A stretch of DNA of 61,352 bases, filler included, from Platydemus manokwari (taxonomy: Eukaryota): NCBI GenBank assembly GCA_037951405.1. It is 6 parts of 6 records of this genome, joined end to end, with 100 filler letters (N's around TTAATTAATTAA, not from the genome) between each part and the next. Parts side by side here need not be neighbours in the genome. Positions count along the whole stretch, not along the records: positions 31,975 to 42,159 come from JBBMOY011160104.1; positions 42,260 to 51,284 come from JBBMOY011312761.1; positions 51,385 to 61,352 come from JBBMOY011183878.1; 3 more parts are not named here. One strand, written 5' to 3'. Positions 39,791-53,589 of the stretch are shown here, one piece after another. Within the stretch, counting starts at the first letter, position 1. The number at the start of each line of letters is the position of its first letter. The position numbers and the translations under genes are program-made. The notes under the pieces were generated by a model that was not told the origin of the DNA, did not search any database, and saw only the letters and a program-made list of their open reading frames with translations.

Positions 39791-42159
39791 ATTTGACAAT
39801 CATTTTAGATTGTTAATAATTAATATAGTAAATAAAAGGCATTTTTGGTAATAAGAATATGTATATATGAATATGTGTGTAAGTGTATGTGCGTGTAGAG
39901 ACAGTGAGAAAAAGAGAAATACACACCAGAGGTATGTACTGAGACACGCAATAAAACACATGGAAACTAGCATTAAAGATTCTTTATAATTAGAATAGAG
40001 ATAAATTACAGTTTATTTTCTATCTTCACTCATGATCACCACACTTTTAAGGAATCCCCAACGCTACATATAATGTCCACATAAGTGAAGATAGACCTAG
40101 ATTAATTCATCACTTGACAGAATAATTTATTTATCATTTTAAAATTTTTCTTTTAATTAACTTAACTGATACATTTTAAAATTTTTACCTTATTTGTACG
40201 ATATATTTCATTTATAATACTAATCAATTACTCCGTTAACTATCATTTTAAACTAAATCGATCCAAAACCTAAATATATTTCATCATACTATATTATTCA
40301 CTTAAATTCAGATCACCTACTTCATCATCATATCAATGTATGATTATTAACCACTTCTACTTTCACAGTGCCTTCAACGTCAACAAATCTATTTTTCCTC
40401 TAAACTGCAACAACACTACATTATTTTGAAAGCTCCAAACTTTTGCTGCTCTCGATGATATAATGTCGAAACACTGAGAAGCTCAAATTAGGAAGATAAA
40501 ACTATAAAAGAAAACCTAACTACCTACTTAGAAAACATTTCCCTACCGTGTCGTGAAGGCCTCATTTATGTTAAATAAATATTAGTATTCTTAATTAAAG
40601 TAGTAGGACCACTGCAATTGTATTAAAGGTGCCGTAAAAGTAGTTGTAAAGTACATTAACGTATTTTAAGTGATGGTATAAGACCTAATCTAACAAAATG
40701 TGTTTCAAGCAAGTATTTGTTAGTTTTTGTAAGGACTGATTCCTCTTAATATTATCTAATATTTGAGCCTGATACTTTGTGTTATTTAAGAACCTCTGTA
40801 ATATAGTAGCGTAATATAACACACTTTTAAGCAGAAGAGCAGTCAAATCGTACCACCAGTTGTGCTCCCGTAGCTGGCAAATTTTACAGTAATGATGGTA
40901 ATAATAATGATTATAAAATTAATATAAATACCAAGATTAATAACGGTTATGATAACAATAATATTCACGATTATATTTATTTACTAGTTCATACGATAGT
41001 TGGAATGATTCAATAAAGTATTACAAGCTAAAGTAATCCTTGATATCATTCATTTTGGATTCCAAGGGAATAATTGCATTTTGGATTTTATAAATTTAGT
41101 AAGTCAGCATATTGGTTACCATAGATATTTCAATTAAAGAATTTAATTGAAATAAATGTAGCTTTGGTGTGATTATCAAATGATTTATCAGAAAACTTCA
41201 GGCAATAATAATTATTGACGATATTTACTAATTCAACCTCATTTGATAAAAAAAGTATCATGGCAGATAGCTATAAGTTCTCATCTCAGGAAGAGAATAA
41301 TATAATATAATTAAAATGAAAATAAACTATAATAAATGGTTTACTGGAATATATTGGTGCATTTTAGATGATAGGAAAAAAATGCACAAAAATCTGAGAT
41401 ATCCTGTCAAGCTTGAATTAACAAAGCGTGGTTAAAAATTAGTTTTGTATATATTAATAGAAGAGGGTAAATATAAATATTTCAAAGTTTCAAGATTTTA
41501 CACAGATAAACAAATGTTGTGCTTATAGAAAATAAAATGATTATAATTTTATAAATAATTATATTCCCATCGCTTAATCTTACTGATTTTCTCTACACGT
41601 CGCGTGTTTTTAAAATAATTATTATAATTTTAAGGGTTTATAAATATATAAAAAATGCAGATTAATTACAAAGAGATGGTTTAATTTGAAATCACTACTA
41701 ATAACTTGATTCTACAGATTCTTTATGAGAAGCTTATGTGGAGAGAAGACTCTTTTCGCTGAGAGTAAGAGAATTCATCTTAATTGCATGGAAACACTTT
41801 TATAGAAAAATAACAGCGGGTGATTCATTGTATGGGTTTTTACAAATAATGACAAGTTTGATGATGATGGAAAAGAATAATCAAATAATGACGTTCATAA
41901 CGCTGTAAGTCTTTCTAGAAAGGAATACTATTCTGTTATTCAATTAATAAAAAAAATTTCGACCAGCCCGACATGTTTGATTTTAAAGCTATTGAAGGAC
42001 TGAATCAAGTCTCAGAAGCCTTGAAGAAGAATAAAAGAATTTGCACACTAGACAATTGGATTATAAAAAATAAAAAGTTCATTTAATTCATTCTTAAACG
42101 TCACATTTTTCGAATTCCCCAAAGGTGGCAATTAGAAGGAGGAATACTGTATATGTAGT

Positions 42160-42259
42160 NNNNNNNNNNNNNNNNNNNNNNNNNNNNNNNNNNNNNNNNN
42201 NNNTTAATTAATTAANNNNNNNNNNNNNNNNNNNNNNNNNNNNNNNNNNNNNNNNNNNN
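42160..42259. other. Artificial assembly spacer
   Basis: N44-TTAATTAATTAA-N44. Confidence 0.97.
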
Positions 42260-42274
42260 TAATAATAATAATAA

Positions 42275-42336
<62 letters not shown>

Positions 42337-44792
42337 TTTTGTGATGTTTTCTATCACTTTACTCAAAATTATTAAATTCCGTCTGTCAGATTGTAGCACA
42401 AGCACCATGTGAGTTATTAAATAATTTTATTACAATTTACAAAAACAATTAAAGATCGATTGATAATCCTAATGACCAAGAAAAACTGCGATGCTTATCG
42501 ATGAATCTAATTTTGCCGCATTGCTTGTATTTAGTTTGCAACAAATTTTCTGGTTTTAAGTTATTTTTATAGGTTATTAGATAAACTCATTTTCTAGGCA
42601 CTGTATTTATGAAGGGTTTTATCGATCATTATTTTTCAAATTTTATATAAAAACAATCAGTTTTTCTGTCACGTGATGATAGATTGTTGATAGAATTGTT
42701 GACAAGTCAGAAGTAAATATGAAAATATTATGAATATCAATATTCAACTATTGTTGTTATTGTTATCGATTTTCTTTAAAAATTTTCAAGTTCCGTTACT
42801 GTTTTTATCCTTACATGAATGTTAGATTTCTGTTGATTTCATTTCGAATTCATTTAATGTGGCTTTTTGATATTTTAAGAAGCAATAATCGATTACAAGA
42901 ATCACGATCACAGCTTAAAGATCTGTATGAATCAAGTGAACGATTATTATATACGATTTGGTTTATAATTTCTCAATTAAACAAATCAACAGAAATAATA
43001 ACGAATCCTATTGATTAAATATTAACTTGGGTTGAATTACATTTTTTTTTCAAATATAATTTTACAAGAAATTTATTTGAAAGTATTTTCTTTCTGCCAT
43101 TAATAATTTATTTTTATTAGTCAATCCGAATGACGATTGAACATTCTGAAGCAAGAATTGTTGTTTGAGAAATAATTGATTATATATAATCAATTATGAA
43201 ATAAAATATTTCACATATATTTGAAAACTATTTTTGTTTGTTTAAATCAATCGAACAAGAATGATTGTTCACTAAATACGTGAGATATTTATTTTGAAAA
43301 TATATCACGATTATTTTGTTAATTTGTTTTTAATAATAATCGATTTTGATAATTATATAAATGAAATTATAAAGGAAATTAAAACAAAAGAATCAATTTT
43401 TAAAAATTACCATGTCCCATGAAGCTTAAAACTACTTAATTTTCAAATATTTAATATATTTTCTTTATTATTTTTATAAAAATAATCAATAATATCCTCC
43501 CTGAATTTCTCTACAGTTATATAATTTCAATTTTTCGGTAGTGATTATAATTCTTTTGATGAAATTACTTCTTGGGTTGAAAGGGATAAAATATTTTTTA
43601 ATAAACAGTTTTATTGATTCTCAAATGTCTGATACATATCTATCGGTATATTGTAAACCAAAGCGGATTATGTCCACAATCTTATCATTTTGATAAGGAT
43701 TTTGAAAGAAACTCGTTCAAATAATGAATCGTTCAAATAAATGACGTCAAGTTAAGTTGCGGAAAATTTATTATTTTATGAATGATTAATAAATATTTAT
43801 AAATAAGGTTTCCGATTAAATTTAATCTGAATGTTAAGGTTTCGAGCGAAACATTAGTTAATTAAAAATTTTTGCAAAAAATAAGTTAACGCTGGTTAAT
43901 AACACGAGTTATCGATTTCCACGATTGCATTTGATGACAATTTTAGCACAAGGCAAATACCGTCAGAATGTTGAAATATCATTTAAAAATTTGGAAACAT
44001 TGATGTACTTTTCTTATGTTTCTTTTATTGATATTAAATATATTATTTGAATAAAGAAATTCATATTTCGTCGACAATATGCTACATCATTTCATTTTAT
44101 TTTTTCAATACTTCATTATATGATACTTGGTATGTGATTTGTCTTGTCGATCGAGAATTTCTTCATTAAGTTCCCCTGGTCAGACTCAGTTTGTATTGGT
44201 TTTAATTTTATTGCATTATTCGGATAAATATTTTGTGTTGAATTTCATTATTATTATTTTATTTTTAATTATAATTTATGTAATTTTTAAATTTTTTTGT
44301 AATTTTTTTAATTTTAAACATTTAAAAAATATGTTTTTTTATAAAAAAAAATCATTGATTAAAATTTCCAAATGAGTTTTCAATAAATCAGTCTAGATTA
44401 GGAAGTGCTTTAAAAATCCATTTTCTCTTCTTCTAAATAAAATCTCATAGTTGGATTTTGTTTTATTTTGAATTCAAATTTAGATTGAGTGAAATTTTCT
44501 GTAGACTTCTCGATAATTTTTACCAATCTATAAAATAATTAAAAATTATGAATGCAGCAAATCTTCGACACCACTCATTTATTTTTCAATTTCAGACTAA
44601 TATTTTAAATAAATTTTCGAAATTAAATTTAATTTTTTGTTATTTTTGTTGAGTTTAGTCGGTTTATTAATTTCCAGCAGACAGAATAACACAACTGGAA
44701 ATCAAATAAAATTCAATATGCATTGCAAATCGATTGAATTCATTTTTCCCTTGCGTATGTCATTGAAATGAAAATTATGTGTGCAGAGATTA

Positions 44793-44823
<31 letters not shown>

Positions 44824-45001
44824 TATACTAACAATTTTTAGAGTTCTTAATTATTATGTTTATCTTATAGACAAAGTCTGTTGAAATCGATTGGAATCAG
44901 CATTAAAAATATCATTGTTATCCTGTGATGTTTTAATTCATCACATTTATATTCAAGAAATGTATTTCTCTTTAATAACTCTACTATCAATAATTAATAT
45001 A

Positions 45002-45906
45002 CCGTGCGATTCATCAGTCTCTGTCTCTAAAACTAAAATAAAACAACAAACTAAATGTTTTGAGTTACTTTAATATACAGCAAAACACAATAATAGTAAG
45101 AGCAAATAACGGTAAATAATAAGCAATTTCATAGCAACTGTTCAAAATGTTCACCATCTTGATCTAAACAGATATTATATCGTTTCTTGAAGCTTGAATA
45201 ACATCTACGGACGACGTATTGATTGATGTTTATTAATTCATGTGAAATTACTTTTTTCGTACAAGACCGTTTAGATAAAACTAAACTTCATCTGAGAAAA
45301 TAGTCTTTCTATGGAAATTGACATTGTTTTCACTGACAATCCAAGAACAGAATTCAACCCTCCTATTGGGATCATCTTCTCCCAATGCTTGATTAAAAGA
45401 ATATTTTAAAGGTATTATTTTTTCTTCCTTGAGATATCGGTGAACAGTCATACACACTCGTTCAGTTTCTCATTGATTTGTGCCATCATTCTCTTTTATA
45501 AAATTCACCACCTTTTCCTTCATGATTTCATCAGACGGTCTTCCTGATCGCAACCCAGTGGATAAGTTCCCAGTTTCTTCAAACTTCTGTTTCCAGTATT
45601 ATACTGTTGTCCTAGCTTGGGGTGCACGATTGAAATGTTGTTGAAATTCTTGGAAAGCTTTGGCACTACTCTGGTACACTATTACATGGCTAACTATAAA
45701 CATTCTATCCGCAATCGAAAATTTAAGATCACCAGCTGACTTCGCTATATTGTAATAATGCAACTGATTAATAAAAAATAAGAAAAAAAGCAAATGAATC
45801 AGTAAATAATAATTAATATCAATGAGTATAAATATATGAGTGTAAATTATATTGTGTTTTATGGTTTTATTTTAGTTTTAGAGAAGGAGACTTGTGAATC
45901 GCACTG
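45002..45906 (-). mobile_element. Tc1-like DNA transposon (DUF4817-type N-terminus), internally deleted
   Basis: TA-flanked TIRs C(C/A)GTGCGATTCA..TCTCTAAAACTAAAATAAAAC. Minus-strand remnants: KFEETGN..RSGRPS, LGEDDPNRRVEFC, IFSDE..YLNG, and CLDQDGEHFEQLL*. The middle of the catalytic domain is deleted. Confidence 0.9.
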
Positions 45907-47710
45907 TATATTGTGTATTTATCTATTTAGCTTTTATATCTGATGACGAGATTTTATAATATTTTTTGTGCTTATTTATTCTATAATTTGCTTCGTTTTT
46001 TTTTAACAATTCAGAAAATATTTGTGAATTGGTCACATCTGAATTTATATATCTAGTCGAGCACAGTTAATATCCCAGCATCACCACGAGAGGAAAAATA
46101 GCAATATAAATTGCATATTCTTAAAAATCGAATCCCATTTTGAAAGAAATCTTTCAATGATAAGTTAAAAACTAAATTCATTCAAAGAGAATTGAACTGA
46201 GTAGTTATGTGTATCTTTATTATTATTTTGAGCAAAACTGTCAAGATATATTTAGCTGTTTTATCTTATTATCTTTTACATAAATACAACCATACAAATT
46301 TAACCATGTTTTTGGATACCAACTAAACATATATAGGTGTGTGTAATAATATATCAGTAAGCAAATTATGAAAATATGAATTATTGTCGATAGTGCCGAT
46401 GAGTAGAAGTGACTACTCCAGAGAGTAACCTGTTTAGATTATCAGTGATCAGTTGGATTAATTATTACAGTAACCGCTACTTTGCGGGAATTGGAAAAAT
46501 GTGGCGGTTATGAAGAGGAGGAATCTTTGTTATTGTTATCAATATTAATTATTGATATTCAATAAATTCATTTGAAAATTACAGATTTTAATCAAACTAA
46601 TATTTAATTTTATAGTAAAGAATTAATTCTAGAAATAAATCAATAAATATCACAATACTCTTATTCTAAAATTATGAATTCATGGGCGGTAGTGAAGATG
46701 ATGCAATTACTTGATGTTGAATCAATAATAAAATCAAAAACGAGATTATTTGAATCAAATGAAATTTACCCAGATAAATAATTTTTCATTACAACATATG
46801 GTAAATGACTATTTGAAAGACATTGATTTACACCATTTTCTACCGGAAAATGCTTAATATCATTGCCAGCAACACAGTGGTTCAATGGAATATTATTTTG
46901 TGTTACACAACCTTTCTGAAAGTAAGGAAGATGATTTGGTACTAGATATTGATGCTGGAAACAACTGAAATTGTTAACAAAGGAAGACTGATCACAGTTT
47001 TGCGAATTATTAAAACAAGGTAAATTGCGATTATAAATTATATTTGATCCGTTGATGTTGGCTTCTAAATTAAATAAATATATGAAGTATAATCAGTATC
47101 CAACTAAATATATATAAGTATGTTTCGATGAATTGTTGTTCGAATATTCATAGAAAATATTGGCATTGTATGGCGGGATGTTTCGATTTATTTATATCAA
47201 TAATAATTAACAAATTAATTATTAAAAATATCTAAGTCTTTTCAATTTTATAAAATATAATAAACTACTAAATAATAATCACAAAATTATTAAAAATTTC
47301 AAAATATAATGTTCGTGATAAATATGTTTAAAAAATACAAATAAATATAAAATCACACACGTGCATATAAACGATAATATCTTCTAGAATACATAAGTGC
47401 AAATCTTATCACCCATGTGAAATCTGTGATTCATTGTTTGCTATTTAATATAACGAATGATGACTTGATTTTGATTTGTCGAATACATAAATATTTGATG
47501 AATTTCAAAAATATATATTATATGTTGAAAAATAAATAGTCCTCGATTAAGATAGATAGAATTTTCGATTTTTATGAGCTTTGAATATATAATATCAGCG
47601 ATTAATTGAAAATATTTTTGATTTATTAAAGCTTCTAAAATTCACAAATAATAATAATAATAATGATAATAATAACATTATTATTATTAATAATGATAAT
47701 ACTAATAATA

Positions 47711-47871
47711 NNNNNNNNNNNNNNNNNNNNNNNNNNNNNNNNNNNNNNNNNNNNNNNNNNNNNNNNNNNNNNNNNNNNNNNNNNNNNNNNNNNNNNNNNN
47801 NNNNNNNNNNNNNNNNNNNNNNNNNNNNNNNNNNNNNNNNNNNNNNNNNNNNNNNNNNNNNNNNNNNNNNN
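47711..47871. other. Sized sequence gap (161 N)
   Basis: N run without the linker, next to a TAA microsatellite. Confidence 0.95.
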
Positions 47872-47932
47872 TGATTATAAAATAAAGAATTAAAATCAAT
47901 AAATAATTTTTTAAAAAAATTATAATTTAAAC

Positions 47933-48318
47933 CTGTAGGAATGTTTTGATCCATTGTGTTATTTAGCAAATTGTCTTGCTTCCAGTAATTGTTCACTCTA
48001 GACTCTTTTCCATTACGACAATTCTTCCCTAATCGAATTTTGTTATTGAAAGACTGCATAATTATTATCTTTTAGAAATATATATAAACACTTTAGCTCA
48101 AATGATATGGATTTCGAAAATCGATATTGATGATTCGAAGTTATAGATTCCTATTAAAATAAAATCATTAATATTGTATTAAATATTAATTATGATATGA
48201 AATTGATTTAAATCAATCTATTTATATAAATGAGCTAGAGATATGGGCTAGTCGAGTATTCTATGGATTAAGTCTTACTCCTTGCAACTGTTTCATTACA
48301 TTTTGGATCTGCTCATCA
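47933..48318 (-). CDS. Probable further F-BAR exons of the srGAP-like gene
   Basis: Phase-consistent exons 48318-48279 (DEQIQNVMKQLQG), 48150-48090 (ESITSNHQYRFSKSISFELK) and 48028-47933 (WKNCRNGKE..NIPT). Resembles srGAP HEDLMKVLNELYTVMKTYHMYHAESISAESKLKEAE. Some splice sites are weak. Confidence 0.5.
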
Positions 48319-51284
48319 CTTGTATTTCACTTGAAAATATTGATTTCAATTTCAACCAATTTCAAAAGCAATTTATATTAAATTAAATTTTAAAAAATAC
48401 AAAAAAATACAAACTAAAAAATGAAACTCTTGATTTATATTGATTAATTTGTAATATCGTTATTTATTAAAATTTATTGAAGCTTTAATTTATAAATGAA
48501 AGACTTAATAAATATTAGAAAATTAATTTATACCTTTATATTATAAAATTATAAAATAAAGATTATTACATGAAATAATTTATAAAAAATCATTTTTAAA
48601 TAGTAAATATATTAATATTAATCAATAGAAATGATCGATTTAATGTGTTTGATTATTTTTATTTTAAATATATTTTGTGGGTTGAATTTCTTAAATTGGT
48701 ATTTATTGAAATAGTAGCAGTTAACAAATAATAATCGATAAGGCTAAGGTATATGACTTTGAATTTGTATTTTCACATTTAGAAATGAAACTTTTTCAGT
48801 TCTTTATGAAACCATTATAATATCGAACCCATATCGTTATATATATATATATATACATGCGTGTGTGTGCATGCATTCATTTGTGCTGAATTTTGCTAAT
48901 CTTCAAAACAAGCAAATATTATATTTGTTATTAAATTGATTTTGTTAATTTAAAACACATTTCACATTATAGAATTGGAACACCACCAATCGATAAAAAC
49001 TAATTCAAAAGGAAAAAACACGGTTTCAATAAAATGGAACATTTTGTAATAGATTAATAAAATATAATTACCTATCTGTATTTGATAATTATTTTCAAGA
49101 TATTTAACAAGCTGTTGGATTCAGTATTTTAGTTTGACAAAAAAGAAGAAACTTTATGGAAAATTTCTGTTCGTTTTAATTGGTTTCAATTTTATGTTTG
49201 GCTATTTTGTTCATTATGTTAAATTTTCACAACGATTTAGGAATTTGGACTCTATTAGAATGATGGCATGACACGTGAAATCACTAATATTGGTACATAT
49301 GATTTATATAAATACAAATACGTGTATAAATAAATATTTCATAAATTTTTTTGGTATGACAAATAAAAATTTTGAAATGGCTTCATCCTGCGGTTTATAA
49401 TACATATATAAGATGAACAGTTAAATTCTACGGAATATCTTGATGACCAAGAAATTCAGTTTCTTTATGTCTAGATTAAGGAGATTTTATAATGGAGTCA
49501 AATAAAACTTTATTCCAGCTTTTTAGATTTTCGTAAATTGTTTGATTTGTAGCATTATTAGAATTTCACTTGATATTGATATTGTAACTCAAGCACATCT
49601 AAGGTCATCTTTAGTCATCAAACCCCGTTTACATGCAACTTCTTACATTACAAGATTCAAAATTATTTCTTAATACAAACGACCATTAAAATAATTAATT
49701 ATACTTTTACCTTTTTATAATTAATGGTTTATATTATAAGTATCTAGAAAAACTTTTCTATCATGAAATTCTATAATATCTGTTTTATGTTCATAATAGA
49801 GTTAGTCGAGAGCAGTTATATTCTGAAAACCCCCTTTACTATTTTCATTTTCAACCAACATTTAAATTGTGTTAGTAATTTATTAAATCTGCCGATAATC
49901 TGAATATTTCACCAAATTAAAAATATTTTTCGACACGATGTCATACAAATGATGGAAATTTCTTACGTGCATTTAATTTGAGTTGGTTTTAAAGATACTC
50001 GACACTAGCATTCAAAAACCACGAAATGATTTCAAAATACTCTCGTTTTAAAATAATTTAACTCTGAATAAAACCTCTTTTATTTCATAAATTTTAATAT
50101 ATTTATAATTAATAATTTTAAACATAATTCCTCCAAAAAATCAATTAATAATAACCAACGTGATTATCCACAATTTTCGTAATTAGCATAGTTATTTAAA
50201 TATACAATTCATTAATTTTTGATTATACGACATTTTTACAACAAATTGAACAACTAACCTTATATAAGCACAGTATATCATCCGAGAAACACAAATGAAA
50301 TGATCTGATACTTCTATTATTCGTTGAAATTAAAAAATATATATAATAGAGCACAAAATAATTGATTATGGCAGAACCTCGTCAAATGACTCGATACTGT
50401 CCATCATTTGCAGATACTCACTTGAAAAATCTATCAAATCTGATTGTCCTCGATTTGATTGCATTGACACAACCATACACACAAACATACAATAACACCC
50501 ACATTAGCACAGCAGGGCACACTTGAAATATACAGGTAAAATAAGAGATAACAATCTTGTCATGTTCCATTCAGTTACTGCTGGGGTAGCAGTGGAATAA
50601 ATATGATTATCTTCGTGTGCGAATTGGTGAGAAATTTCATATTCATTATGTACACGAATTTTGTAATATATTGGCGATGATATACTTATAAATCTCGCAG
50701 CTTATTATTATAGTATTATTTATACAATACTATAGGTTAACAAATTAAGGAGCCTATGTTATTCGGTGATACTGAGCGACATCGGAAAAGTACAAAATAA
50801 TTTAATTGCAAATCAGTTTTTTATTAATTTTGATTATTATTATTTTTTGTTGAAATTAATTTTGGAATTTAAAATTTTATTTATATAATTAATTAAACGA
50901 GAAATGAAGAAATTGTAAAATGATGAAATCTATTTCATACAATTAACACCTATATCAAACTGATGATTCAGAAATAATAAAAAAACAAGAACAAATGTTA
51001 TTTCACAACATTTGGTATTGAGAGTTAATTTTTGCTTTATTAATTTTGTGTAATCGATATTTATCTAGCATATATAAACGTTATTGAAATAATAGCTCAA
51101 TTGACACTATTAATAAAAATCACAATAATTTTCAGCTAATAAAAATACTAATAAAATTATTCCAATTTTTTTATATACCAAACTTATGATTAAATGGGTC
51201 TTTCAGCGGCTGAAAGATTTTATCGATGATTATTTTACTTTGCCGTATTTTATTAGTCTGTACTTGTTTTAAGTATAATATGTG

Positions 51285-51384
51285 NNNNNNNNNNNNNNNN
51301 NNNNNNNNNNNNNNNNNNNNNNNNNNNNTTAATTAATTAANNNNNNNNNNNNNNNNNNNNNNNNNNNNNNNNNNNNNNNNNNNN
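51285..51384. other. Artificial assembly spacer
   Basis: N44-TTAATTAATTAA-N44. Confidence 0.97.
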
Positions 51385-52779
51385 ATATAATTTATTTAAT
51401 AGTTTCAGTATAATGAAAATTATAAATAATATCTTTATAAATAAATTATAAATTATATCTTTATAAATAATATCAACAATTACAGCAAATAATAATGTAT
51501 TTATAATTGCAATAATAATTATAATAATAAGTCATAATAATATTATTATAACATTGTCCAGTGTTATTTGCAGATCAGATGATCATATTTCATTACTAGA
51601 CAAGTAAGAACAAAAAATTCTCACCAATACAAATTTAGAAGTAAAAATCTATGCACACATAATCGGCCCATATCCTATATTAGTGGTTAAAATTTTATAA
51701 ATAGTCTTCACATATACCAATTTGATTCCGCAATAGGATATTTCATAATTTCTCGATTATTGGTCAGTTTTGTAACATTTTATCAATACAATATAAATAT
51801 CAAAAACCATTGGATGTTTCAGAAAGATTGCATTGCAAACCAATGTATCTAATATCATATGGTTTGGGGTTTTATGGTACCATTTCGAAACGAGAACGAT
51901 ATGTTTCCAATGGTGAAAATGTTGACCACATGATAAAATTGAAATGTGTGATATCAATAATAATAATGCTAATAGTTGGCATGGTGATAAAATATTCAAA
52001 AACAAAAGTCTACAAACTCAAACTCTTAACAAATATTCCATGTATCATTCGACAATAATCGATATTTATGATATCCAATGAAGAAGATCCACATGAACCC
52101 TGTTCATCTAAACAATTAGATTTTCCAATTGATTAAGCCGCTTCATTATGTAAGCTTAACAATAGAAATCAACAATTACCCGTATGCGGGAAAACACGTT
52201 AGGTCATTCCGACAAAAGATTTGTGTTTTTCGGAAAGCTAGATTAATGAGAGTATTTCTATACATGGAATATTGATACAAACTGTATTATAAACGTATTA
52301 TCAATGATTAATTGGTCGAATAAAAGGGTTAAATTCCCTCAATGCTGTTCAATGATTTGATCTCTATATCCAGAAATATGTCATACCCATTCGAACCAAC
52401 ACGATATGCATTTATTGATCTTTAAGCAACCGAAAGAATAAGCTTGTTAAATCTTGTGTTAATGATGTCGTATAGTGAATCAAAATATCGATATTTAAAA
52501 CAATTAAATAAATATTATAAGGGATTTATTGATAAATTCAATAATTGACAAAACACGAGTAGAAAACCTCGATAAACTTGGGGATAAACATATTGTTTAT
52601 TAATAGCATTAAAAATAACGAATCAATAATGATAATAATATATTATTAAAATACCTCAACATAATAATAAGTTCATAATAATCACTACATGTGATCAATA
52701 AATGTTTAAATACAAATCGAAATGAATCCAACTAAATGTCAATGAGGCTAATCGATAGATCGATCAATATAATAATTTT

Positions 52780-53085
52780 AATATGTGAAAATATAATCGA
52801 TAATGGTCATATAATCATATCTTTCTAATATTGGTAGATCGATATTGAAAATCGATATTAAATCAATACCATAGGTCAAACAATATAATAATTTTTATTA
52901 CGCGAAAATAAAATCGATAATCATATAACTATTTCTCAAATATTGGTAGATCGATATTGAAAATCGATATTAAATCAATACCATAGATCTATCGATATCC
53001 TGTGACAATAAAATCGATAATGAATAAATGATCATATAAAGATATTTTTCTAATATTGGTAGATCGATATTAAATCAATACCATT
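52780..53085. repeat. Degenerate ~112-bp tandem repeat x3, rich in ATCGAT
   Basis: Core ATATTGGTAGATCGATATT(GAAAATCGATATT)AAATCAATACCAT starts at 52828, 52940 and 53053. Confidence 0.85.
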
Positions 53086-53589
53086 TTCAAAACATTTGCA
53101 AAATAATAATAATAATAATAATAATAATCAATTGATTGACTAATAAAATGCTATCAAAACGTGGATAAATAAATATGAATCATGTTATTAAAATAAATAT
53201 ATATGTGAATTAATTTACCCTTGATTAATAATAAACGAATTAAATAATATATGAATGATCGGAATATAAACATAAAATAAGAAAATTTATGAATAAATAA
53301 AATCGATATTTGGTACATTAAGAACAATATTTCATCGATCGATAGAAATGTTATTGCATTAATAGAAATGTTGAATCGGTTATGTAATGTAATCAAATTA
53401 ATTGGAAAACGTTACGATGATGTAACCGTGAGATGACGCAAGTGAACGCGATTTCATAACATACACAACCAGGTAAAAATATTCCACCGCAAATAAACAT
53501 GCAATCGACAACAAAGCTAATATAAGGTTTTGTTTTCCAATTACCCGAAAAACGGATCGAATAAATATTGGAAAAATGAAGCTATTTAC

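Noticed and set aside
43411-43424. 14-nt microexon-like ttttaag|CTTCATGGGACATG|gtaatt on the minus strand
   Set aside because: It does not preserve frame and cannot be chained to a recognisable protein. Such motifs arise by chance in AT-rich DNA.
47933-50570. Reading these exons as the signal peptide and first Ig domain of the L1-like gene (phases fit, C..W spacing is Ig-like)
   Set aside because: The same exons align better with srGAP F-BAR helices (HxY..SISxExKxK), an srGAP-like exon lies directly upstream, and two gaps separate them from the L1-like exons.
52178-52237. Possible srGAP exon (NTNLLSE*PNVFSRIR) implying TGA recoding
   Set aside because: It contains an in-frame TGA, and parvin uses TGA as a normal stop at the conserved position. 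The region looks like decayed retroelement DNA.
51700-52480. ORFs 51757-52005 and 51810-52058 as genes or a Penelope/Polinton polymerase
   Set aside because: Only vague motif resemblance and no ordered diagnostic motifs.
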